DNA of 32,000 bases from Mycolicibacterium smegmatis (GCF_001457595.1 NZ_LN831039.1:1290001-1322000); one strand, 5' to 3'. Counted from the first letter of the stretch, positions 1 to 9,093 are shown. The notes: generated by a model from the sequence alone, not told the origin. Numbers and translations are program-made.

Positions 1-850
1 CGACCGTCAGCGCCTGCAGGGTCTTGCCCAGACCCAGTTCGTCGCACAGCAGCACCCGTCGTCGCGCCAGCGCGTACTGCGCGCCGAACAGTTGGTAGCC
101 GCGCAGTTCGGTGCGCACCAACGACCGGTCGACGTCGATCTGCGTGGCCTCCTCGGCCACCGCGGCGCCGACGAAACCTTGTGCTGCGTCGACATCGGTT
201 GTCCCCGAGGCGAACTCCATCAAGAGTCGGTCGATCTCGGCGCCGTCGCGGCGGTAACCGGCCCACACGTCGGTCTCGGGTTTGCGGGCGCATTCGATGC
301 GCTCGACGAGGTCGGCCACCTTGTCCAGCAACGGATCCGGTTCCTCGACTGCAGCGGCTTCGGTACGCCGCCGTCGCCCGTTGCCGTTGGGGGCCTCGAC
401 GCGGGCCCGCACCCGGGGAAGGATGCGCCGCAGTTGCTTGGCCGGGGGCGTGGCCTTGATGAGGACCAGCAGGTCGGCCAGCAGGGCCGTGTCGCTCTCG
501 GACTCGCGGTCCAGGCGAGGCCGGGTGGTGGTGCGGATGCGGTCGGCCATCAGCTGTGCACCGGCCTGGACGGCCTGCGCGGTCGCGATGTCGACGCCGG
601 GTACCTGGGTGAGCAGTCGTGCGGGCACGGTGTGGACGTCGGCGACCGTGCGGTATTCGGAGTTGAGCAGGGCGCTGATGCGGGTGCCGAGCGTCAGGTA
701 CGGGCGCACGCCGGCCAGCGGCGTGGATTGCAGCGCACGTTCGACGACGGCGTCGGTGTTGGCGCGGACGTTGGCGGCGATCTCAGCGCGAAGCGTGCCG
801 AGGTCGGCGAGCAGGCCATCGGCACGGCGGACGAGGTCTGCGCGATCCAT
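1..850 (-). CDS. SNF2-family DNA/RNA helicase, N-terminal part (C-terminus lies beyond window start)
   Basis: Open frame from ATG at 850 to the window edge; Walker A region RVLLCDELGLGKTLQALTV encoded at about 2-58, typical of SNF2/SWI2 ATPases. Confidence 0.8.
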   Translation of the reverse strand, partial: MDRADLVRRADGLLADLGTLRAEIAANVRANTDAVVERALQSTPLAGVRPYLTLGTRISALLNSEYRTVADVHTVPARLLTQVPGVDIATAQAVQAGAQLMADRIRTTTRPRLDRESESDTALLADLLVLIKATPPAKQLRRILPRVRARVEAPNGNGRRRRTEAAAVEEPDPLLDKVADLVERIECARKPETDVWAGYRRDGAEIDRLLMEFASGTTDVDAAQGFVGAAVAEEATQIDVDRSLVRTELRGYQLFGAQYALARRRVLLCDELGLGKTLQALTV

Positions 851-913
851 GACTCCTGATCATCGCATCTTCGCGCCGCCCGGACAGGCGCCAATTGCCC
901 GGGCAAAGCGCAT

Positions 914-1171
914 TCAGAGGTCGTCGACGTCGATCAACCCGTCCTGGATCGCGCGGGCGACGAGCGCGGCCTTGGTGGTCGCGGGCCTGCCCACGGCGGC
1001 GTACTTGGCGCGGATGCGCTGCAGATGTGTTCGCACGGTGGTCGGCGCAATGTGCAGTTGACGGGCCACGCCGTCTTTGCTGTCGGTTCGGATCCACGCG
1101 AGCAGGACTTCCTTTTCGCGCGGCGCCAGCTCGGGTCGGGGGAGCGGCCTGTCGACGGGCATTGCGGTCAT
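914..1171 (-). CDS. Small LuxR-type HTH DNA-binding protein (85 aa, HTH only)
   Basis: LAPREKEVLLAWIRTDSKDGVARQLHIAPTTVRTHLQRIRAKY matches the LuxR/GerE HTH pattern; ATG at 1171 preceded by GGAGG; the track ORF to 1345 is probably over-extended. Confidence 0.75.
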   Translation of the reverse strand: MTAMPVDRPLPRPELAPREKEVLLAWIRTDSKDGVARQLHIAPTTVRTHLQRIRAKYAAVGRPATTKAALVARAIQDGLIDVDDL

Positions 1172-1336
1172 ACGCGCGAACCTCCACACAGAGCAAAATC
1201 TGACTGGAGCTATCGTCCGTTCGGGCGATACGGAAAACAGGTGCGCTGGTCGCCTAATTGACGCGAGCTTAGTGTTATCAGCCACATGCTTTGAATTTGT
1301 CGGCAGGATCTTGCCCGCGTATCGGAGAATCAGCGA

Positions 1337-2086
1337 ATGGACCACAGTCTGCGGATCCTTGTGGCCTCACCTCTTGGCCGGATCGTCGCGCCGGCGATCA
1401 AGTCGGAACTGCCCGCAGCAACGGTGGAATTCGCTGAGAACAGCGACGCGGTGCGCCGCCAGATCATCGGTCGCGTGCGGTTCGACGTCGTGATCGCCGA
1501 CCTGGTGTGGAACCACCCGGAGCTGGAGTTCACGTTCGACGGGCTCGATGTGATCGACGTGCTGCACGAGGCCAACCGGATCGCACCGGTCATCCTCACC
1601 CGGCAGGGCCACAGCCTGGAGCACGACCTGATCGACGAGGCCCGGCTGCGGCCCGAGGTGGTCTCGGCATTCCACACACCCATGGGTATCGAGGCGCTGT
1701 CCCGGTTGATCCGGGACGCCGCGGTGGGTCGTCGTCACCCGGTCATGTCGCCGACCCCGCGGAAACCCTCGCTGTACGAGCTGTTTCGGACACGCAAGGG
1801 ACAGACCACGGGCCGCCTGGCAGGCGCGATCGCCGCGGGCCGTGCCACCGACGGGGCCACTCTGGCGGCTGCGGCGGGCGTGGGCATCAACACCGCGACC
1901 AAGGTGGCGACGCACTATCTGGGGCCGGTCATGCGGATGCGCGACGAGCACGATCCGGCCCTGCCGCTGACCCTGCCCGCGGTCTACCGCTGGTGTGGTC
2001 TGCACGCGCGGTACCTCATCAGTTGGTGTCGCCGTCACGGCCACGCCGATGTGGTGCAGACACCTTCCGAGGACCGCCCGGCCTAA
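1337..2086 (+). CDS. Response-regulator-like protein (receiver-like N-term, helical C-term)
   Basis: MDHSLRILVASPLGRIVAPAIKSEL...RFDVVIADLVW resembles a receiver domain; C-term LAAAAGVGINTATKVATHYLG looks HTH-like; divergent from the LuxR gene. Confidence 0.65.
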   Translation: MDHSLRILVASPLGRIVAPAIKSELPAATVEFAENSDAVRRQIIGRVRFDVVIADLVWNHPELEFTFDGLDVIDVLHEANRIAPVILTRQGHSLEHDLIDEARLRPEVVSAFHTPMGIEALSRLIRDAAVGRRHPVMSPTPRKPSLYELFRTRKGQTTGRLAGAIAAGRATDGATLAAAAGVGINTATKVATHYLGPVMRMRDEHDPALPLTLPAVYRWCGLHARYLISWCRRHGHADVVQTPSEDRPA

Positions 2087-2184
2087 CCGGCTTCAACGCC
2101 GAGCCCGCCGAGCGTGCGTCCACGGCGGGAAAACGCGCGCGATCCCGCCACCAGCGCACGCTCGGCGAGGCGAACGCACGAAAC

Positions 2185-4560
2185 TCAGATCATGTCGTTC
2201 TTCGTCAGCCACCGCATGACGGGCCAGCCGACGAACACCGGCAGCCAGCAGGTCAGCACGCGGTAGAGCAGCACCGCGGGCACGCCGATCGCGGGCGGCA
2301 CACCGAACGCGGCCAGACCACCGATCAGGGCGGCCTCGACGGCACCGACACCACCGGGGGTGGGGGCGGCCGAGGCCAGGGTGCCGCCGATCATCGTGAC
2401 GACCGTGACGGTGACGAATGACGTGTCGCCGCCGAACGCCTCGACGCTGGCCCAGAGTGCCAGTGCGGCACCGAGAGTCGTGCCGGCCGCGCCGAGGACG
2501 ATGAGTATCAGGCGTTTCGGTTCGCGGGCGAGCTTGATGAGGTCTTCCCAGACCTCTTCGAGCTTGGGCCGCACGGCGGATGCGAGCCAGCGGCGCAGTT
2601 TCGGCACCGCGAGGAACGCCCCGACGAGACCGAGTGCCAGACCCGCGATGAGGTAGAGGATCGTCGCGCTGGGGACGAAGTGCGACAGGTCGGCCCGCGC
2701 ACCGGCCATGGTGGAGAAGAAGATCAGCAGGATCACGTGCACGATCACCTGCACCGACTGCTGCAGCGCCACGGCCGCGGTCGCACGCATGGTGCTCAGC
2801 CCGCCCTTCTGCAGGAACCGGGTGCTCAGCGCCAGGCCGCCGACACCGGCGGGCGTGGTGGTGGCGGCAAAGGTGTTGGCAATCTGCATGATCGACAGGT
2901 TGCGGAAACTCACCAGCCCGTCGGCGCACGCCCACAGCGCGGCCGCGGCGCCCACGTAGGTCAGCGCCGAGACCGTGAGCCCCATCAGCGCCCACGACCA
3001 GTTGGCGGTGCGCAGTTCGGAGAAGAACGTGGGCACGGTGCTGATGAACGGATACGCCACGTACACCAGCGCGATCAGCAGCACCAGCTGGATCACCTGG
3101 GTGCGGGTGAATCGGGTGATGGTCTCGGCCTCGATCTGATCGGCCCCGGTCTGGTGCTTGACCTCGTCGCGTGCCTGGCCCATCACCGCTTTGGCGTCGG
3201 GCACTGTGGCGCGCACCCGCGCGGGCACCGCGGCCTTGGTGAGCCTGCGCGACGCGGTGAGCACGGTGTCACGGCCGAACGCCTTGATTGCGGCACCGAC
3301 GGCCGACTGCGCGTCGTACAGCGCAGTGGTGGTGACGAGCAGTTGCGCGATGTCGGACTGCAATTGGGCGTCGGTGGCGCCGTATTCGGAGTTGCCGAAC
3401 CCGCCGAACAGCACCGCGCCGTCCTCGACGGTGATCTCCTTGCTGCGCAGATCGCCGTGGGCGATCTGGTGGTCGTGCAGCATGCGCAGCGCGTTCCACA
3501 CGCGCCCCACCGTGGCCTCGTCGGTGCACTGGTCCAACGGGGTGCCGCGTTTGCGGTTGTGCGCGTAGAGCGTCCAGCCACGGTCCAGCGCGGCCACCGA
3601 CATCGTCGACGTGCTCGCCAGGCCCAGGTCGCCGATCGCGATCGCCATCAGCGCGCGGTGTTCGACGGCGCGGCGCATCGAGGTCTGCAGGGGAGCGGTC
3701 TCGTCGCTGCGGAACCGGATCTTGCGCCACAACTGACGGAAGGCGCCGCCGCTGCGCTGGTTCGGTCCGTACAACTCGACGACGGCCACGGCGTCGGGGT
3801 CCTGCGACGCGGCCTCCAGCAGCAGTGGTCCGGCACCCGCGGGACGCACGACGGTGAACGACTGCACCTGGAACCCGCGGCGCATCAGCGCGCGCACGGC
3901 CCCGTCGAGCGGGACCTCCAGCGCGGGGGTGCCGACGACCCACACCACGAGCGCCCCGACGAACCAGCCCACGGCCAGACCCAGCAGTGAGCGGGCCGGC
4001 ACGACGGCGCTGACCACCAGGTGGATGGGCACGAACGCCAGCAGCAGCCCCCACCACCACCGGCGCAGCCGCTGAGGCAGCCACGGCCCGGACACCGTGA
4101 GCACCGCGGCGAGCATGCCGATCCAGCGTGGATCGTCGAGGAACTGCGAGAGTTGGCTGTCCAGGCGGTCACCGAGGTCGAAGTGCCACTGCGGTGCGGC
4201 GATGCCGTTGCCCGTGATAGACAGCGACAGCATCGTGATGAGACCCGCAGCGGCGTAGGCGCCCAGCAGTTTCCACTGCCGCGAGAAGACCAGGCTGACC
4301 AGGATCACGAACGGCAGCGCCACGATCGCGACGCTGTAGGCCAGATAGACCAGGTTGGACTGCGTGGGGGTGAGGACGCCGACGACCTCGGAGATCGACC
4401 GCTCCAACGCCACCCACTCGTAGCGGGTGATCAGCGAGCTCGCGATGACCGTGGCGAGAAAGAGGGACGCGAGCGTCAGACGCAGGATGTCGTTGGTGCG
4501 CCGGGACATGGGTTGCAGCAACTTCCCGGTGACAACGATGTCCCGTCCGTCAACGCGCAT
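2185..4560 (-). CDS. Large multi-domain membrane protein: N-terminal TM region, kinase-like middle domain, C-terminal lysylphosphatidylglycerol-synthase/UPF0104-type flippase-like TM domain
   Basis: Multiple TM segments at both ends; HDHQIAHGDLRSKEITVEDGAVLFGGFG kinase-like loop; C-term ANTFAATTTPAGVGGLALSTRFLQKGGLS and APTPGGVGAVEAAL motifs typical of the LPG_synthase_TM family. ATG at 4560 (MRVDGRD) chosen; ORF opens to 4584. Confidence 0.8.
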   Translation of the reverse strand: MRVDGRDIVVTGKLLQPMSRRTNDILRLTLASLFLATVIASSLITRYEWVALERSISEVVGVLTPTQSNLVYLAYSVAIVALPFVILVSLVFSRQWKLLGAYAAAGLITMLSLSITGNGIAAPQWHFDLGDRLDSQLSQFLDDPRWIGMLAAVLTVSGPWLPQRLRRWWWGLLLAFVPIHLVVSAVVPARSLLGLAVGWFVGALVVWVVGTPALEVPLDGAVRALMRRGFQVQSFTVVRPAGAGPLLLEAASQDPDAVAVVELYGPNQRSGGAFRQLWRKIRFRSDETAPLQTSMRRAVEHRALMAIAIGDLGLASTSTMSVAALDRGWTLYAHNRKRGTPLDQCTDEATVGRVWNALRMLHDHQIAHGDLRSKEITVEDGAVLFGGFGNSEYGATDAQLQSDIAQLLVTTTALYDAQSAVGAAIKAFGRDTVLTASRRLTKAAVPARVRATVPDAKAVMGQARDEVKHQTGADQIEAETITRFTRTQVIQLVLLIALVYVAYPFISTVPTFFSELRTANWSWALMGLTVSALTYVGAAAALWACADGLVSFRNLSIMQIANTFAATTTPAGVGGLALSTRFLQKGGLSTMRATAAVALQQSVQVIVHVILLIFFSTMAGARADLSHFVPSATILYLIAGLALGLVGAFLAVPKLRRWLASAVRPKLEEVWEDLIKLAREPKRLILIVLGAAGTTLGAALALWASVEAFGGDTSFVTVTVVTMIGGTLASAAPTPGGVGAVEAALIGGLAAFGVPPAIGVPAVLLYRVLTCWLPVFVGWPVMRWLTKNDMI

Positions 4561-4782
4561 GTTCCCCCTTTCGGCTCGCACCAAGGTAGCCGGGTGTTCG
4601 TGCGATATCCGTTATTGACCTTGTTGTGCGCCGTCACGAAATCACATCGGTCACATGCGTCACTGATGACGGCGAATTTCGGCGGGGCGGTGTGATCGAG
4701 GCCGACAGATTCAGCGAACGTGATGTAACTTCGATCAAGCCAAAATTGACGTGCCGAATAGGCCGCCCCCGAGGAGTAAACG

Positions 4783-6612
4783 GTGGACGCGACACCATTC
4801 GGGCACTATCAGCTGCAAAAGCTGATCGGCCGGGGTGGCATGGGTGAGGTCTATCAGGCCTACGACACCAAGACCCAGCGGATCGTCGCGCTGAAGGTTT
4901 TGCCGCCGCATCTGGCGCAGGATGCCTCGTTCCAGGACCGGTTCCGGCGGGAGTCGCACGCCGCGGCCGGTGTCAACGATCCACATGTGGTGCCGATCCA
5001 CGGGTTCGGCGAGATCGACGGCCGGCTGTATCTGGACATGCGGCTCATCGAGGGCCGCAACCTCGGCGCCATGCTGACCAGGGCCGACAAGCCGCTGGAC
5101 CCGGCGTTCGTCGTCGACATGATCGAGCAGGTCGCGACGGCGCTGGACGCCGCGCACCAGGCCGGGCTGATCCACCGCGACGTCAAACCGTCCAACATCC
5201 TCATCACCGACAACGACTTCGTCTATCTCATCGACTTCGGTCTGGCCCGCAGCGCGGGGGAGTCCGGCATGACCACCGCGGGCAGCACGCTGGGCACGCT
5301 GGCCTACATGGCGCCCGAGCGGTTCGACGCAGGCAAGGTCGATCCGCGCTCCGACATCTACGCGCTGGCGTGCGTGCTCTACGAGTGCCTCACCGGCGCA
5401 CGGCCCTATCCCGCCGACAGCCTCGAACAGCAGATCGCCGGGCACATGGTGTCCGCGCCGCCGCGGCCGTCGGACAAGGATCCGCGGCTCGCGGCGTTCG
5501 ACGACGTGATCGCCAAGGGTATGGCCAAGAAGCCCGCCAAGCGGTACCAGACCGCGGGGCGCCTCGCCGCGGCGGCGCGCGAAGCGCTCACGACGCCGGT
5601 GCTGCGCACCTCGGGCCGCTCGGGGCGGCACTCGGCACAGCGGGTGCACCGGTTGACGACCGCGCAGCGCACGCGTTCGCGGGTGCCGCGGCGCGTCGCG
5701 GTGATCGCGGGCGCCACGGTTCTGGTGGCCGCGCTGCTGTCGGTCGGGATGTGGCAGTTGCGCGACGGAAACTCTGCGGGTCGCGAGCCCGCGCTGGCCG
5801 ACACCGCGTCGACGACGGGGCCGGTTGAGGCGCCGACGGGCGCGGTGCCCGAGATCGCGGCGGCGGTGCCCGCGCACATCCGCGAGACCGGCCGGCTGGT
5901 GATCGGCGTCAACGTGCCCTACGCCCCCAACGAGTTCAAGAACTCCGACGGCGAGATCGTCGGCTTCGACGTCGACCTGATGAAGGCCGTCACCCGCACG
6001 CTGGGCCTGGTGCCCGACATCCGCGAGACCGGTTTCGAGGGCATCCTGCCGTCGGTGCGCGACGGCAGCTTCAACGTCGGCATGTCCTCGATCACCGACA
6101 CCGCCGAACGCGAGGAACTGGTCGACTTCGTCACCTACTTCCAGGCCGGCACGCTGTGGGCGCAGCGCACCGGATCCTCGGTGGACCCCGACGCGGCGTG
6201 CGGACTGCGAGTTGGCGTGGCGTACAGCACCATTCAGGAAGCCGAGGAGATCCCCGCCAAGAGCGACGCGTGCGTGGCCGCGGGGCTGCCGCCCATCGAG
6301 AAGGTCGTGCGCACGCATCAAGACGAGGTCACCGCGGCGCTGATCGCCGGTGAGGTCGACGCCATGACCGCCGACTCCCCGGTCACGGGCTTCGCGATCA
6401 AACTGTCCGGCGGCGCGCTCGCCCCGGCCGGTGAGGTGTTCGACTCCGCGCCGTACGGCTGGCCCGTGGCCAAGGATTCCGGGCTGGCCGAGCCGCTGCG
6501 CCTGGCGCTCGAGCACCTCATGGACACCGGCGAGTACCGCACCATCGCCACCATGTGGGGCGTCGAGAAGGGCATGATCAACCAGCCGGTGATCAACGGC
6601 GCCTTCCGGTAG
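4783..6612 (+). CDS. Transmembrane Ser/Thr protein kinase with extracellular amino-acid/solute-binding (SBP_bac_3-like) domain
   Basis: GTG start with GAGGAG upstream; HRDVKPSNILI, DFGLAR, YMAPERF kinase motifs; single TM VAVIAGATVLVAALLSVGMW; extracellular GRLVIGVNVPYAPNEFKNSDGEIVGFDVDLMKAVTRTLG typical of GlnH-like binding proteins. Confidence 0.92.
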   Translation: MDATPFGHYQLQKLIGRGGMGEVYQAYDTKTQRIVALKVLPPHLAQDASFQDRFRRESHAAAGVNDPHVVPIHGFGEIDGRLYLDMRLIEGRNLGAMLTRADKPLDPAFVVDMIEQVATALDAAHQAGLIHRDVKPSNILITDNDFVYLIDFGLARSAGESGMTTAGSTLGTLAYMAPERFDAGKVDPRSDIYALACVLYECLTGARPYPADSLEQQIAGHMVSAPPRPSDKDPRLAAFDDVIAKGMAKKPAKRYQTAGRLAAAAREALTTPVLRTSGRSGRHSAQRVHRLTTAQRTRSRVPRRVAVIAGATVLVAALLSVGMWQLRDGNSAGREPALADTASTTGPVEAPTGAVPEIAAAVPAHIRETGRLVIGVNVPYAPNEFKNSDGEIVGFDVDLMKAVTRTLGLVPDIRETGFEGILPSVRDGSFNVGMSSITDTAEREELVDFVTYFQAGTLWAQRTGSSVDPDAACGLRVGVAYSTIQEAEEIPAKSDACVAAGLPPIEKVVRTHQDEVTAALIAGEVDAMTADSPVTGFAIKLSGGALAPAGEVFDSAPYGWPVAKDSGLAEPLRLALEHLMDTGEYRTIATMWGVEKGMINQPVINGAFR

Positions 6613-6616
6613 AGCT

Positions 6617-7297
6617 CTACAGCGCGTTGCGACCCGCGATGGTCTTCGCGAGCTGCGCGGTCTCGCGGTCGCCGACGCCGAAGCCCGTGATGCGGACGTC
6701 GACCACCACGTCGCCTTCGGCCAGGATCGCGCGACGCGTGATGCGTTCGGTCGGGTCGATCGGCTGGTCGTTGGTGACGTCGACGCCGTCGACGACGCGG
6801 GGCGCCGCCAGCGTCTGGATCTCGGTGGTCTCACCGCCGTCGAAACTGAACGTCAGGACATCGCCCGCGCACCGGCGCCAGATGGCGACGGTGTTGTCCA
6901 CCAGCGCCTGGGCCGCGGCGGGGGTGTGGAAGCGCGTCACGGCCTGGTCGACTTCGAGTTCGTCGGCATCGTCGCTGAGCTGGTTCTCGCGGAACTGCCG
7001 GTAGCCGCTGTCGCGGTACACCCAGTCCATCGCGTTGCCCGCGACCACCATGCATTCCTGCCGTGAGATGGGCTCGAACGTCTCGTTCTTCGTCGGGGTC
7101 CGGTACGCGGTCTTGGGGCGGACGTCGACGCCCACGATGGTCCTGATCTCTGATTCGCTCGCCAGCATGCTGCCCAGCACGTCGACCTCGGGTCCGCCGT
7201 CGGGCACCGGGGTCTGCGTGTGGCACGCGACGAGGGAGAATCCGGCTGTCGCGAGTACGCCGAGTCGTTTCGCCGTGTGGGCCAGAGCAGTGGTCAC
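6617..7297 (-). CDS. PknH-sensor-like extracellular lipoprotein
   Basis: Signal peptide with lipobox-like GFSLVAC; body (SRQECMVVAGNAMDWVYRDSGYRQFRENQL...AAQALVDNTVAIWRRCAGDVLTF) resembles the mycobacterial PknH C-terminal sensor domain family. Confidence 0.75.
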   Translation of the reverse strand: MTTALAHTAKRLGVLATAGFSLVACHTQTPVPDGGPEVDVLGSMLASESEIRTIVGVDVRPKTAYRTPTKNETFEPISRQECMVVAGNAMDWVYRDSGYRQFRENQLSDDADELEVDQAVTRFHTPAAAQALVDNTVAIWRRCAGDVLTFSFDGGETTEIQTLAAPRVVDGVDVTNDQPIDPTERITRRAILAEGDVVVDVRITGFGVGDRETAQLAKTIAGRNAL

Positions 7298-7361
7298 GGG
7301 TCCCCTTTCTGTTTGCCGATCCTAAGCCCGCTCCAGCGGTGGGCGTGACGCGAGTTCCACC

Positions 7362-7499
7362 GATCGGGGGATGCGCTTTTCGTCCGGGCAGCGGTCCGGT
7401 CGTGGGATAACCCCGGCTGCCGCGGCGCCGGATAGTTGTCTCAACGTCCTCACACGGCGGGAACCACACCGAAAAGCCTTCCCCGGCAAAGGAGTCGAT
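7362..7499 (+). promoter_or_regulatory. Conserved leader/promoter region, copy A (shared with copy B at 17793-17933)
   Basis: Shared blocks in the same order: GATCGGGGGA, TCCGG, GGTCCGGTCGTnGGATA, TCTCAACG, GAAAAGCCTT, CAAAGGAGTCGAnATG. Confidence 0.7.
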
Positions 7500-7649
7500 A
7501 TGAACCCCATCGTCCGACGCATCGTCGCCACGTTGACCATCACCGCCGCCCCGTTCCTGCTTGTGGTCGGTGTGGCCACGGCAAACACCGAGCCCCATCA
7601 GGCGGTGTCTCAGGCCACCCACCAGGTCACCCACGTCTCCCAGAACTAG
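7500..7649 (+). CDS. Small secreted protein (49 aa)
   Basis: ATG with RBS AAAGGAGTCGAT; MNPIVRRIVATLTITAAPFLLVVGVATANTEPHQAVSQATHQVTHVSQN: signal peptide plus His-containing mature tail; terminator directly downstream. Confidence 0.75.
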   Translation: MNPIVRRIVATLTITAAPFLLVVGVATANTEPHQAVSQATHQVTHVSQN

Positions 7650-7666
7650 CCAGGTAGAGAGAAGGG

Positions 7667-7695
7667 CCCGGACGCCGCGCGCGTCCGGGTTCTTT
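7667..7695 (+). terminator. Rho-independent-like hairpin
   Basis: CCCGGACGC (7667-7675) / GCGTCCGGG (7681-7689), 5-nt loop, followed by TTCTTT. Confidence 0.7.
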
Positions 7696-7842
7696 GTGCT
7701 CGAGCCGGGGTATGTGCCTAGGCAAGCACCGCGGGCGGTTGGCGATAATTTGAACTTGAGAGGCTCGCGGGCGGTTCTATTGTGGTGAAGACAGACACCG
7801 CAGCAGGACCCTCGCAAACAGGAAAAACGAAAGCGCATTCCG

Positions 7843-9093
7843 ATGGTTGCGAAGACCACTGGCAATGGACTACCTGACGTCGTCGTCACCGCCGTCGCGT
7901 CGACGACCTCGCTCGCGCCTCATGCCGAGGACACGTGGAAGCTGCTGTTGGAGGGCCGAAGCGGCATCCGCGCCCTCGACAGGCCCTTCGTCGAGGAATT
8001 CGACTCGCCGGTCCGCATCGGCGGGCAGCTCACCGAGGCGTTCGCCGACAAACTCGGCCGTGTTGAACAGCACCGGCTTTCGTACATGGGCCAGATGTCG
8101 ACGGTGCTCGGGCGCCGGTTGTGGGAGATCGCGGGCAACCCCGAGGTGGACACCCGGCGGTTGATGGTGTCGATCGGCATGGCGCTGGGCACCACCGAGG
8201 AACTCATCCTGCAGTACGACCTGTGGAAGGCCAAAGGGCTGCGCGCCGTGCCTCCCACGGCGATCCAGAAGTACATGCCCAACGCGCCCGCGGCCGCCGT
8301 CGGGCTGGACCGCAAGGCCAAGGCCGGCATCATGAGCCCGATCATGGCCGACGCCTCGGGCGCGGCGGCCATCGCGCACGCATGGCGCGAGATCATCCTC
8401 GGCGACGCGGACATCGCGATCTGCGGCGGTGTCGAGACCTGGATCGAAGCCGTGCCCGTCGGCGCGTTCAGCCAGCTGGGCATGCTCTCGACCTACAACG
8501 ACGATCCCCCCGCGGCCTGCCGCCCGTTCGACAAGGACCGCGACGGCATGGTGCTCGGGGAGGCCGGGGCGCTGATGCTCGTCGAGACCGAGGAACACGC
8601 CAAGGCCCGCGGCGCGCCCATCCTGGCGCGTCTGATGGGTGTGGGGATGACCAACGACAGCTACGACATCGTCAAACCCGATCCCGACGGGCAGCTGGCC
8701 GGCGACGCGATCCGCCGGGCGATCGAACTGGCCGGGCTCACCCCGGGCGACATCGACCACATCAACGCGCACGCCACCGGCACCGACTTCGGCGATCTCG
8801 CCGAGGCCCGCGCCATCCACAACGTGCTGGGCAGTCATCGGCCCTCGGTGTACGCGCCCAAGGCCGCGCTGGGTCACTCGCTGGGATCCGCCGGTGCGGT
8901 GGAGGCCGTGCTGACCGTGCAGACGCTGCGCGACGGCATCGTGCCTGCCACGCTCAACGTGAAGAACCCCGACCCCGAGATCGACCTGGACGTCGTGACC
9001 GATCAGCCCAGGAGTGAGCACTTCCGCTACGCGCTGAGCAATTCGTTCGGCCTCGGCGGCAACAACGTGGTGCTGGCGTTCGGGGCGGCCTAA
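7843..9093 (+). CDS. Beta-ketoacyl-ACP synthase-like protein (KasA/KasB family) with active-site Cys replaced by Asp
   Basis: 416 aa, full-length KS fold motifs (PFDKDRDGMVLGEAGALMLVETEEHAKARG, NAHATGTDFGD, YAPKAALGHSLGSAGAVEA, NSFGLGGNNV); nucleophile region reads SPIMADASGAAAIAHAW, where KasA has a Cys. Confidence 0.93.
   Translation: MVAKTTGNGLPDVVVTAVASTTSLAPHAEDTWKLLLEGRSGIRALDRPFVEEFDSPVRIGGQLTEAFADKLGRVEQHRLSYMGQMSTVLGRRLWEIAGNPEVDTRRLMVSIGMALGTTEELILQYDLWKAKGLRAVPPTAIQKYMPNAPAAAVGLDRKAKAGIMSPIMADASGAAAIAHAWREIILGDADIAICGGVETWIEAVPVGAFSQLGMLSTYNDDPPAACRPFDKDRDGMVLGEAGALMLVETEEHAKARGAPILARLMGVGMTNDSYDIVKPDPDGQLAGDAIRRAIELAGLTPGDIDHINAHATGTDFGDLAEARAIHNVLGSHRPSVYAPKAALGHSLGSAGAVEAVLTVQTLRDGIVPATLNVKNPDPEIDLDVVTDQPRSEHFRYALSNSFGLGGNNVVLAFGAA

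Noticed and set aside
4735-6834. 699-aa minus-strand ORF opposite the Ser/Thr kinase
   Set aside because: Composition (Arg/Gly/His-rich, no family motifs) and exact opposition to a well-supported kinase gene mark it as a GC-driven antisense artefact.
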